A DNA stretch of 63,134 bases, counting the filler, from Pelomyxa schiedti (lineage: Eukaryota > Protista > Evosea), in NCBI GenBank assembly GCA_020536535.1. It is 12 parts of 12 records of this genome, joined end to end, with 100 filler letters (N's around TTAATTAATTAA, not from the genome) between each part and the next. Parts side by side here need not be neighbours in the genome. Positions count along the whole stretch, not along the records: positions 34,967 to 41,611 come from JAHLWZ010001403.1; positions 41,712 to 52,985 come from JAHLWZ010000740.1; 10 more parts are not named here. The stretch is one strand, 5' to 3'. This document shows positions 37,901 through 47,873 of the stretch, in pieces (positions within the stretch are counted from its first letter, which is position 1; each line of letters begins with the position of its first letter). The notes beneath the pieces are model-generated. The model was not told the DNA's origin. It saw only the letters and a list, made by a program, of their open reading frames with translations, and did no database searches. The position numbers were made by a program, and so were the translations under genes.

Positions 37901-39838
37901 TCACATTTTGAAAATGAGGGGGGTGTTGAATGGAACTGGGGTGATGGAGCGAGGGAGTACACCGAGCATTTTAAAGATGATGGTGAACAGAGGAGCACCT
38001 GACAGTGCGTCAACAAACACATGCTTGGTTATGATTATCTTTGGTACCGTGCTGCTGTACAGCTGGCTGCTGAACCCTCCTTCACGCGATTGAAGCAGGA
38101 GGTTTGGTGGGAAGGAAAACTGCTGCATGACTCTGCAAGTTTCAGGTGATACCGAAATTGAACTAAAGATCAACACACCACACCCAGCAACCACACAGTC
38201 GGTTCTGTAGGGGTGTGAGTGTTTGAAACAAGGCCCAGTATACTTTGCTGGCAGAACTCTGGATGATGACACAGATACACTTGGGGGAGCTACCGTGGAA
38301 GTGGTTCCTCCAGCTCCGTAACAGGCTTTGCACAGTGATGAAATGGAATACACCCAGGTGCTTGGTGGGTCAATATTGATTCTTATCAAGTGTGACTCAT
38401 CAACTGCCTTCACTCCTTCCGGTCCCCCAAATCTTTTCTCAAGGAATGTGGCAACCTTTCCAGTGCTCATGTCCAACAGCTTTTGGTCTTCTGCGTGTTT
38501 GAATGGGATGTAATATTTGCCTTCCTCTCTGTCAAAAAGTGGATTACTGAATGGCCTCTCAGGCGGCACTCCTGCACAGGATAAATTGCACTCTGTAATC
38601 ACAGTGGGCTCCAGCTTGTTTGTTGGTAAGGAGCTCTTCTTTAAATCAAGGTGCATAATGCAAAGGAACACATCCCTCGCTGTCTCTCTTGGCTCCAGCT
38701 TCAGTACTTCAAGAGTGTCAGACTCGTACTCATATTCACTGATTGGGCTGAAGAACTTCATTGACTTTAGGCCACGCAGTTCTTCACACTGCACAGACAC
38801 ACACCCATCATTTGGAACCAATCCACCATCCAGAACCCTCCAAATCCTGAGCATAGTGCGGGAATGCCCTGGTGGTGCCATCACAATCCACCTTCTGTTG
38901 CACACTGCCAGTGGTGCATTCCTTAACTCGGTCATCAGGTCTTGCACTGGATGAGAGAGGGTGTCAACAATCGAGACTGTGTACAGGCTCTTGCCATCAT
39001 GCCCAGTACCACCATCTCGGAACTTGACAGCCTTGTCTGGTGCGATCCACCCAAGGATCTGGGCTCTGTCTAGTTGCACAGAGGTGGGATGTTTCACAAG
39101 GCCCAGAGTGTGAGATAGGCTGAAGAAAATCTGAATGTCCTCCAATGGGTCGTTGTCAACTGGGAATGAGGCCATCACCACTCTATCAGTAGCCAAGACC
39201 CACCTCTTTCCAATGCACTCCACCACAACCCATTGCGGTAACATTCCAATGAAGCATAACCCATTCTTATCAGGCTTGCCTGGAGTACTTGATGCTGAGA
39301 GTTCACTTGCGCTCGCCTTGGTTGTAGAAGCAGCAGCACCACCATCAGGCTTACCTGGGTGACTTGATGATGGTTGTTGTACTGTGCCCGTCGTGGTGGT
39401 ACTAGTAGAACCAGAACGTGAGCAAAAGGCAACAACTCGTCCCAGGATGCTGCTCTTTGACTGGTTTGGTGGTGATGAAACAGGGACAGTAGTAGCGCCG
39501 CTTCCCAAATCCAAACTAGCCTGAGGAGCACAGCCGCCACAACTGCTCTCATTATTACTGGCAGTATCAGCCCTGCTAGTTGCAACAGACCCCAACACAG
39601 CAGCGGCCTGTTCAGCACGGTTCGACTTTGGCCAGAGTGACGATAATAGGGAACTACCACCTCGGGCCACCACCAAGGGGGCGGCGGGCCCGCGGGGGTC
39701 TCGCCGGTAGAGGAGGGTCTCTCGCGCCTTGTTGACGGACAAAGCCCGAGGGAGGGACCCACAGGCCAACGCCACGAACTGGTCTGCGGCCGAGACCGAC
39801 TCGACGACGCGCATGCCCCCAACTCGCCGCTTTATCAT
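37901..39838 (-). CDS. Expanded-family hypothetical protein (about 645 aa)
   Basis: SAADQFVALACG motif, CNRRWIV, FVDALSG; the ORF extension to 40282 overlaps the BTB gene, so the start is placed at ATG 39838 or 39814. Confidence 0.8.
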   Translation of the reverse strand: MIKRRVGGMRVVESVSAADQFVALACGSLPRALSVNKARETLLYRRDPRGPAAPLVVARGGSSLLSSLWPKSNRAEQAAAVLGSVATSRADTASNNESSCGGCAPQASLDLGSGATTVPVSSPPNQSKSSILGRVVAFCSRSGSTSTTTTGTVQQPSSSHPGKPDGGAAASTTKASASELSASSTPGKPDKNGLCFIGMLPQWVVVECIGKRWVLATDRVVMASFPVDNDPLEDIQIFFSLSHTLGLVKHPTSVQLDRAQILGWIAPDKAVKFRDGGTGHDGKSLYTVSIVDTLSHPVQDLMTELRNAPLAVCNRRWIVMAPPGHSRTMLRIWRVLDGGLVPNDGCVSVQCEELRGLKSMKFFSPISEYEYESDTLEVLKLEPRETARDVFLCIMHLDLKKSSLPTNKLEPTVITECNLSCAGVPPERPFSNPLFDREEGKYYIPFKHAEDQKLLDMSTGKVATFLEKRFGGPEGVKAVDESHLIRINIDPPSTWVYSISSLCKACYGAGGTTSTVAPPSVSVSSSRVLPAKYTGPCFKHSHPYRTDCVVAGCGVLIFSSISVSPETCRVMQQFSFPPNLLLQSREGGFSSQLYSSTVPKIIITKHVFVDALSGAPLFTIIFKMLGVLPRSITPVPFNTPLIFKM

Positions 39839-39938
39839 CTTCCTTCCTTCCGCACCTATTGTGTGACCGTTCAAAAGTGTGTATGTGCTATTCGGTTGTG
39901 TTTCACATAATAATAATAATAATTTTTCGCCTTTCTTG

Positions 39939-40815
39939 ATGGACGACACCACGTCTGCGCTTCTCCAGTTGTTGATGAACAACAACAACAACAACACCAG
40001 TGAAAACATTGCGATGTCTGCTACTACTACTTCTTCTAATGACAACGACGGGGGTGCCAACACAGCCATCAACAGCAATAGTAGTGTTGCAGCAACATCA
40101 ACAGCATCGACAAACAACACACCAACAACTTGTGGACGAGGCGGAGGAGTGACTGAGTTGGTTCGGCTGAATGTTGGTGGGAAGGTGTTCTGCACAACAA
40201 GGACAACACTGGCGATGGCCACTGGGCCAAACGGTGGGTCGTCCTTCTTCACTGTCCTGCTCTCTGGGAGGATCCCAAGCACTTTGTGAGTGTGTTCTTG
40301 TTCTTCCCTTAAAACAAGAAAAACACATCAACTATGCCCATAGGGATGAAACAGGAGCGTACTTCATTGACAGGAACGGGGATTTGTTTGCACCCATCCT
40401 TGATTTCATGAGGACAGGCAAGCTCATCGTCCCACCGTGCATCCACGTTGATGCCATTTACAACGAGGCAGAGTACTACCAAGTGCAGCTCCCTGAGAGG
40501 CCTGCACCTCCACAACAGCATCAGTCAAACGCTACAGTGTACGATTTCATGGCATTCAAGATCTGCTATCCAAGGTGGGGCAATGAGAGTTATGGCAGCA
40601 ACCCACAGGTGTCACTCACATGCAGGCCTGATGACAATGCATTGGCACAGCTGGTCAGTGACATGCCCATCAGGGAGAGGTACTCTCTGTGCAAAGTTGT
40701 TACATACATTTCAGAGCACAGTGGGTGGAGAGTGGTCAACTGGACAAGAAGGACAAAGGAAAATGATTTCAATGGTGAAAAAGCTGAGGCTCGTGTGTAT
40801 CTCTGCAAACCTTAA
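39939..40815 (+). CDS. KCTD-type BTB/POZ (T1) domain protein
   Basis: VRLNVGGKVFCTTRTTL, intron at about 40286-40343, then DETGAYFIDRNGDLFAPILDFMRTG...EAEYY. Confidence 0.9.
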
Positions 40816-40931
40816 AAAAATCACAAACCCCACTGCCTGCATAAAAGTCTTTTTTTCTGCATGCAATCTATTTTTCTGCTACCGGAGAGTGCTTGGTAAG
40901 GAAGTGGAAAGAGAGTTTCATGAAATGTCAA

Positions 40932-41003
40932 TCCGATGTGGTGTAGTTGGCAACATCTCTGACTTTCACACAGTGGCCCCGGGTTCGATTCCCGGCATCG
41001 GAA
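40932..41003 (+). tRNA. tRNA-Glu(TTC), anticodon stem degenerate
   Basis: TCCGATG/CATCGGA acceptor stem, CTTTCAC loop, GGTTCGATTCC, T-run; TCTGA/ACAGT stem has two mismatches. Confidence 0.75.
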
Positions 41004-41026
41004 CTTTTTTTGTTTTTCTGCTACGG

Positions 41027-41103
41027 AGCAGGGAAGCGATTGGACAAACGCTCACGATAGATGAGCTTAAATCATCCGCCTTAGACCTCTCGGCCATACC
41101 TGC
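41027..41103 (-). pseudogene. tRNA-Leu(TAA)-like with degenerate T arm
   Basis: GCAGGTATGGCCGAGAGGTCTAAGGCG and GATGA-TTTAAGC-TCATC are intact, but there is no GTTCRA (B box). Confidence 0.7.
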
Positions 41104-41196
41104 TCACAATTGTTGTCCGTGAAGTCTCCTGTCTTGTCTGCAAAAAAGAAAACGGAAGCCATAGTTATTTTCTTATTTTTGGTCACAGCAACAAGT

Positions 41197-41286
41197 GCTC
41201 TGGTAGCTCAGTTGGTTAGAGCGCGGTACTTATAAGAACAGTATTGAGTCATGCTGCGGTCGTGGGTTCGATCCCCACCCGGAGCA
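41197..41286 (+). tRNA. tRNA-Ile(TAT) with 16-nt intron
   Basis: Identical to 9947-10036 except one variable-loop base. Confidence 0.92.
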
Positions 41287-41376
41287 TCACTTTTTCATCT
41301 GCCCAAGCAACTGGCCGTTTTTCTGTGTGGTAGATTTTCAAGCCGTGAGAAATAAATCCCAAAGGAAGAAGTTCTG

Positions 41377-41611
41377 TCATAGTATTGCATTGGCAAAAAT
41401 AGCAGACACATCGCGTGCAAAGGTCAGAGTGGCAACACGTAAACCAGTGGAGTCGGTCACATCAATGATTTTACAGTGGTTGTGGAACAGGAAGCCCGAT
41501 TCAGCAATCACAAAGTGCGATTCTGGGAGAACCCTCATTGGTGCAGCAGTGTTGTTGCAGTCCCAGATTTCAATGGTGGGATCATCACCCTTTGAGATGC
41601 AGAAGAGGGAG
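41377..41611 (-). CDS. C-terminal fragment of an expanded-family protein
   Basis: SLFCISK...IEIWDCNNTAAP...ESGFLF aligns with the C-terminus of 35493-36728. Confidence 0.7.
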
Positions 41612-41711
41612 NNNNNNNNNNNNNNNNNNNNNNNNNNNNNNNNNNNNNNNNNNNNTTAATTAATTAANNNNNNNNNNNNNNNNNNNNNNNNNNNNNNNNN
41701 NNNNNNNNNNN

Positions 41712-41852
41712 GTGGCGTGCGGGGCTCGCGGCACCACACCGATTGTGGGACGCCATCACCAATGCGAGCAGCTGCTCGTGTGCTCGGAGCCCCGTTGTGG
41801 ATGTTGGTATGTCATCATAATCAACCTCGTTGCTGACTCCGTGTCGTTTCAT
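41712..41852 (-). CDS. Expanded-family gene A, copy 1, 5' fragment
   Basis: RAHEQLLALVMASHNRCGAASP. Confidence 0.7.
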
Positions 41853-41968
41853 TTTCCTTCTTCAAGAACTTTCTGAATGAAACGACACTGTTGATTGATG
41901 CGAAACACAGAAATCAGCGCCCTGAGGATATTCCCACTTGTCTGTTTCTTCAGAAAAAAGAAAATAAA

Positions 41969-42819
41969 ATGCTACGGGCCAAAACGATAACAACGGCGAG
42001 GTCGCAGGTGATGGCGGTGTGTTGTGCATCCCTCGTCCCCGTCCACAACCCTCCCACCACCTCGCCTGTTCAGGCTCCCGTTGCAAGGAGCAACATGGCA
42101 GCTACGGGACTACTGCATAACCGCGCACGTGAGTGTGTCACTGACACTGGGTGTGGTGAATATATCTTGCTTCTGGTGTTGCACTTCATCTGAGTGGCTG
42201 TGTGGCTGCATTGGCGACAACAGGGTGCTGGTGCAACCATGGAAGCACTTGAGGGCGGAACCCATCATCAAGTGCCAACACTCTGATTTTGCATGGCTCG
42301 ATTGACGGAGATGCAAGTGATGTTGTTGTGTTTGTTGACATGGAATCCACCTTCAACAACAAGGTGCTTGTTGTAAAGTCAAAGATCACCTGTGGGCCAA
42401 CCACAAGGGATGTGACCTGGATGCCTGATGGTTCCCCTTGTATTTTGACCAGTGATGATGACTTGGTTTTTAAGATTTTTGATGCATCCTCAACAAAGGA
42501 AATGTGGGTGTTTCCTCAGGGCAAATTAGTGACCTGCTTGAACAAGAATCATTTGCTTGTTCGGGCTTCACTGTCTTCAAAAGTGACCAACTTTGAGGTT
42601 TTTCACACTGGGAACCTCACACACCCATCACTTTGTGTACCATGCACTTGGGCACGCCCTGAAAAGTGCACAGGCCTCATCCTTTCAACCACACACCGAA
42701 TCAGCCCCGATTCTCCAACTGATGAAATTGAGTTCTCACTGCATGATGGTGTCACTGGATTTCACATTGGTGTGTTTGCAGTTCCACAGGCTTTACTGGT
42801 GTTGAACTTGTATTTGTAA
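41969..42819 (+). pseudogene. Expanded-family gene B, copy 1, internally deleted
   Basis: Lacks several segments present in 44845-46016 (junctions near 42055-42066 and 42270-42278), causing a frameshift. Confidence 0.75.
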
Positions 42820-42919
42820 AGTTGTGAACGAAAAAGAATTGTAGGTAAACAAACCTCACGAATTTTAAAAGGTGTTGTTCCCCTGTTGTTGACAAATCTA
42901 TTGTGAAGCCTAATGAAAT

Positions 42920-43789
42920 TCAGTCCACGGACAAAGTAGCAAGAGCGACATCAGTGGCCCCATCACAAAAAAGCATTTTTGTTGCTGATGTCACTTGCTC
43001 CACTTTCCAGACAACAATTCCACAGTGCGACTGGACTGCATCCAGGGACACCACACACCCCTCGTGAGATTGGTGCAAACCATGGTGTCTTCCACTGACG
43101 GGACTCACCAGGCACACTGTGTTGAGGTTATCAGTGCTGTACACGTCCATGATGGAATAATGCGGTTGCTCTGCATGCATTGCGCCGATGTTCCTGTCTC
43201 CAATAGCGCGAACTCCAAGGACATTATCGTAGTGGTGACTCTCGCCTGTTGTGCTGTTGAAAGCCCAGGTACTTGACATTACACATACAGGCTCTGCTGC
43301 TGTTATACCCGTCACAACTATGTTCTCCGGAATTGGTACTTCTTTGGATACAACCAGAGACTTCTTCCCTCGCTTCATTGTTTCTTCCAGGTCAATGTGC
43401 CACAAGTCAAAATGCCCACCAAATTCAGCCGGTGGTACGCAGCACAACAAGACATTGGGATTATCACGGGAGAACGAGAGGCAGGTCTGAGAACCCCTTT
43501 CAAATCGATGGTCTATGAAGACTGTTGGTGCTTGTGTTGCTGTTCTTATTTCATTCCCCTCTTTCCCTATTACAACACCATCCTTGACCTTCCACACATG
43601 CAGTGAAAAAGGAAAGGAAAGAACCACCCAGTGGGAGTTGCAACAGGCTCCAAAAGAGGTTTTGAACGTAACCTGATACAGAATGCTGAACACTTTCCCA
43701 GAGTGATCAACAATGCCAGCCCAACAGCCGTTCCTGGCTGAGAATGTGGTGACCACAAACCTGTCATAGCCAATACATCCGCGCACATA
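42920..43789 (-). CDS. Expanded-family gene C, copy 1, 3' part
   Basis: Near-identical to the C-terminal part of 46109-47353. Confidence 0.75.
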   Translation of the reverse strand, partial: YVRGCIGYDRFVVTTFSARNGCWAGIVDHSGKVFSILYQVTFKTSFGACCNSHWVVLSFPFSLHVWKVKDGVVIGKEGNEIRTATQAPTVFIDHRFERGSQTCLSFSRDNPNVLLCCVPPAEFGGHFDLWHIDLEETMKRGKKSLVVSKEVPIPENIVVTGITAAEPVCVMSSTWAFNSTTGESHHYDNVLGVRAIGDRNIGAMHAEQPHYSIMDVYSTDNLNTVCLVSPVSGRHHGLHQSHEGCVVSLDAVQSHCGIVVWKVEQVTSATKMLFCDGATDVALATLSVD

Positions 43790-43950
43790 NNNNNNNNNNN
43801 NNNNNNNNNNNNNNNNNNNNNNNNNNNNNNNNNNNNNNNNNNNNNNNNNNNNNNNNNNNNNNNNNNNNNNNNNNNNNNNNNNNNNNNNNATGAAATGCAA
43901 CACCAGAAGCAAGATATATTCACCACACCCAGTGTAAGTGACACACTCAC

Positions 43951-44728
43951 TCAGCACTGACAGTGTGTTGGTTGCGTAGGTCATAGCAACGTCAACAAAC
44001 AAGAGGATCAAGTGATGCCAGGGATCCCTGAGCACCAAGAGGGCTTCATCTGGAACCTCCTTGTCAAATGAAATCAAAACACACTCCGTGCCCTTGGCAA
44101 AGTCAACTTCCAGCCGCTTCACAATGCTGCTGCTTCTGGTGTCATTTTCCACCACTCCATCACCACCATGGTCGTTCAATTTGGCCAGACTAAACATGCC
44201 TCCTCCAAATTGATTGTAGTACATCCACCACTTGTGGTTGCCATTGTGCAGCGAGCCTCCAGTGCTGAGCTGCTCAGCGAACAGCAGGTTATCTTCATCC
44301 GTGACGAGGTTGAACAAGCTGAATCTCGAGACTCCAAATTCCTCCCCTTCAAGCGCCAGTTTTGAAATGACGTGGTGATCTGGAAGGAACGCAGTCAGTC
44401 TTGGGAACTCTGAGTCGCTCCATCTGTTGAGAACCTTGATTCCAGATGTGACACTGTTAAGTGCCGTTGAGATCCCGATGGTGAAATAACTCCGCACGAA
44501 TCGGCCGGTCACGACCAACGCACCAAAAACGACCTCAGAGTCGCGGAGGCACAAGTCCCACAGTTGCATGGGCGCTTGTGGCACAAAGTGGCGTGCGGGG
44601 CTCGCGGCACCACACCGATTGTGGGACGCCATCACCAATGCGAGCAGCTGCTCGTGTGCTCGGAGCCCCGTTGTGGATGTTGGTATGTCATCATAATCAA
44701 CCTCGTTGTTGACTCCGTGTCGTTTCAT
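43951..44728 (-). CDS. Expanded-family gene A, copy 2, 5' part
   Basis: RAHEQLLALVMASHNRCGAASP...LWD; ends at an inverted junction near 43950. Confidence 0.75.
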
Positions 44729-44844
44729 TTTCCTTCTTCAAGAACTTTCTGAATGAAACGACACTGTTGATTGATGCGAAACACAGAAATCAGCGCCCTG
44801 AGGATAGTCCCACTCGTTTGTTTCTTCAGAAAAAAGAAAATAAA

Positions 44845-46016
44845 ATGCTCCGGGCCAAAACGATAATAACGGCGAGGTCGCAGGTGATGGCGGTGTGTTG
44901 TGCATCCCTCGTCCCCGTCCACAACCCTCCCATAATCCGCACCACCTCGCCAGCTGTTGGGCGAACACCCACGCCGTCGATGAGGGAGTGGGCACGGTCG
45001 CCGGCGTTGCTCAGGCAGTGGGCCGAGGAATGGGTCCTCCCCCCATTGTGGGATGCCCTGTTCAGGCTCCCGTTGCAAGGAGCAACATGGCAGCTACGGG
45101 ACTACTGCATAACCGCGCACGTGAGTGTGTCACTTACACTGGGTGTGGTGAATATATCTTGCTTCTGGTGTTGCATTTCATCTGAGTGGCTGTGTGGTTG
45201 CATTGGCGACAACAGGGTGCTGGTGCAACCATGGAAGGACTTGAGGGCAGAACCCATCATCAGGATACAAGAGCCTGGGGCAATTATAAACTGCCAGAGG
45301 CCTCACTGGCTGCTTGGGGACGAATCGTGGGGGTTCTGAGCAACAAGAAGTGGATTGTGGGGTGCGATGATTCACAGGAAGTGCCATCACTGTTCATTCA
45401 CAAGGTGGTGGGTGGTGCGCCAGTTGGGAGTGATGTTGTTGTGAAGAGCGGTGACATCAGGTATCCGAGAGTTGAATTCACCCCACTTGGTGAAAACACT
45501 CTGATTTTGCATGGCTCGATTGACGGAGATGCAAGTGATGTAGTTGCGCTTGTTGACGTGGAAGCCACCTTCAACAGCAAGGTGCTTGTTGTAAAGTCAA
45601 AGATCACCTGTGGGCCAACCACAAGGGATGTGACCTGGATGCCTGATGGTTCCCCTTGTATTTTGACCAGTGATGATTCCTCGCTTTTTAAGATTTTTGA
45701 TGCATCCTCAACAAAGGAAATGTGGGTGTTTCCTCAGGGCAAATTAGTGACCTGCTTGAACAAGAATCATTTGCTTGTTCGGGCTTCACTGTCTTCAAAA
45801 GTGACCAACTTTGAGGTTTTTCACACTGGGAACTTCACACACCCATCACTTTGTGTACCATGCACTTGGGCACGCCCTGAAAACTGCACAGGCCTCATCC
45901 TTTCAACAACACACCAAATCAACCCTGATTCTCCAACTGATAAAATTGAGTTCTCACTGCATGATGGTGTCACCGGATTTCACATTGGTGTTGAACTTGT
46001 GGTTGTAAAGTTGTGA
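44845..46016 (+). pseudogene. Expanded-family gene B, copy 2, one apparent frameshift near 45300
   Basis: Paralog of 49633-50766; similarity switches from the 44767 ORF frame to the 45186 ORF frame. Confidence 0.6.
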
Positions 46017-46108
46017 ACGAAAAAGAATTGTAGGTAAACAAACCTCACGAATTTTAAAAGGTGTTGTTCCCCTGTTGTTGACAAGTCTATTGTGAAGCGT
46101 AATGAAAT

Positions 46109-47353
46109 TCAGTCCACGTACAAAGTAGCAAGAGCGACATCAGTGGCCCCATCACAAAAAAGCAGTTTTGTTGCTGATGTAACTTGCTCCACTTTCCAGA
46201 CAACAATTCCACAGTGTGACTGGACTGTATCCAGGGACACCACACACCCCTCATGAGATTGGTGCAAACCATGGTGTCTGCCACTGACGGGACTCACCAG
46301 GCACACTGTGTTGAGGTTATCAGTGCTGTACACGTCCATGATGGAATAATATGGTTGCTCTGCATGCATTGCGCCGATGTTCCTGTCTCCAATAGCGCGA
46401 ACTCCAAGAACATTATCGTAGTGGTGCCTCTCGCCTGTTGTGCTGTTGAAAGCCCAGGTACTTGACATTACACATACAGGCTCTGCTGCTGTTATCCCCG
46501 TCACCGCTATGTTCTCCGGAATGGGTACTTCTTTGGATACAACCAGAGACTTCTTCCCTCGCTTCATTGTTTTTTCCAAGTCAATGTGCCACAAGTCAAA
46601 ATGCCCACCAAATTCAGCCGGTGGTACGCAGCACAACAATACATTGGGATTATCACGGGAGAACGAGAGGCAGGTCTGAGAAACCCTTTCAAATCGATGG
46701 TCTATGAAGACTGTTGGTGCTTGTGTTGCTGTGCTTATTTCATTCCCCTCTTTCCCTATTACAACACCATCCTTGACCTTCCACACATGCAGTGAAAAAG
46801 GAAAGTTAAGAACCACCCAGTGGGAGTTGCAACAGGCTCCAAAAGAGGTTTTGAACCTAACCTGATACAGAATGCTGAACACTTTCCCAGAGTGATCAAC
46901 AATGCCAGCCCAACAGCCGTTCCTGGCTGAGAATGTGGTGACCACAAACCTGTCATAGCCAATACATCCGCGCACATACTGCGAATTCTCAGAGAGGGCT
47001 CCTGTGCACTTCCCATCCCACCATCCACACTGTGACACACCAAGAGTGAGAGCTGATATGTTCATGAACACATGAACTGTCTGATAGTCATTGCTATTGC
47101 TGCCAACTGTGCTTTTGTTGGTCACCCTCGGGTGAATTGTGAACGCGGCGATTCTGGAGGACGAGACGACCCATAATCGGCCGAATTCGGCAACAAGGGA
47201 GGGACACTTTGCCATCAGTGCCACGGCGCACCCTCCGTCGCGGCGGCCGCACCTCGGGACCAATGCACCGGTGGCAAACGCAACGAATTGGTCCTGGGAT
47301 GACAGTTCCGTTGTCATTCGAAATGATTTGCTGGGTACAACTGGGGAGGACAT
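46109..47353 (-). CDS. Expanded-family gene C, copy 2 (about 414 aa)
   Basis: SSQDQFVAFATGALVPRCG motif, CCNSHWVV, FCDGAT; intronless. Confidence 0.85.
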   Translation of the reverse strand: MSSPVVPSKSFRMTTELSSQDQFVAFATGALVPRCGRRDGGCAVALMAKCPSLVAEFGRLWVVSSSRIAAFTIHPRVTNKSTVGSNSNDYQTVHVFMNISALTLGVSQCGWWDGKCTGALSENSQYVRGCIGYDRFVVTTFSARNGCWAGIVDHSGKVFSILYQVRFKTSFGACCNSHWVVLNFPFSLHVWKVKDGVVIGKEGNEISTATQAPTVFIDHRFERVSQTCLSFSRDNPNVLLCCVPPAEFGGHFDLWHIDLEKTMKRGKKSLVVSKEVPIPENIAVTGITAAEPVCVMSSTWAFNSTTGERHHYDNVLGVRAIGDRNIGAMHAEQPYYSIMDVYSTDNLNTVCLVSPVSGRHHGLHQSHEGCVVSLDTVQSHCGIVVWKVEQVTSATKLLFCDGATDVALATLYVD

Positions 47354-47511
47354 CACTTGGTTTGTGCTCCCGTTTGTTAGAGGAACTTGTTTTTGATTTT
47401 GTGCAGAGAAAGAAACCTTGAGGAGGTCTGTCTAGGCGATCTCGGAGCATGATTATCTTGCTATGAGCGCAACGGAAATGACGTTGAAACCAAGGACTAT
47501 TTTTGACTCAC

Positions 47512-47693
47512 TTCTTGTGGGCATCGACTTTAGCGTCTTTCACGGCGGTCGGCGCGGACTCGTCGTCGCTTTTGTATTCCTCGAGCTCGGTAATATCGAC
47601 AGACGGTGCGTCTTTCCCGGCCTCGGGTTTTACGCCAACATTAGCCTTGTTGCCAGACATAGCAACGTCTTCGTTAACATCTGCAGCAGACAT
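47512..47693 (-). other. Probable first exon of the UAP56 gene, lying inverted
   Basis: MSAADV...ELEEYKSDDESAPT...HK resembles the UAP56 N-terminus (LLDYEDDE-like), followed by a GTGAGT donor. Confidence 0.55.
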
Positions 47694-47873
47694 CGCAGAT
47701 CTTGTTTGCTCCTTCGGAATCCCCGCGTGGCCTCGGTTCCTTGCTCGTTTTCGGCCCATCCGAACTGTATACACCACTTGCGCACCGGCCTTTGCACGAA
47801 ATTCCAACGCTTCTCTATTTTTTTTCTTTCTGTACTAACTTTGGTGAAGAGATTTGGCTTACCCAACGACTCT

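Larger units (their letters stand above)
41712..46978. repeat. Tandem segmental duplication of a three-gene unit
   Basis: 41712-43789 is near-identical to 44588-46978 apart from deletions. Confidence 0.9.

Noticed and set aside
39839-40282. N-terminal extension of the 793-aa ORF as an overlapping gene
   Set aside because: It is the antisense shadow of the Asn/Thr-rich BTB exon; the family motif begins after 39838
42920-44728. 602-aa ORF as a single gene
   Set aside because: It reads through a 100-N gap and joins gene A, an inverted bit of gene B and gene C
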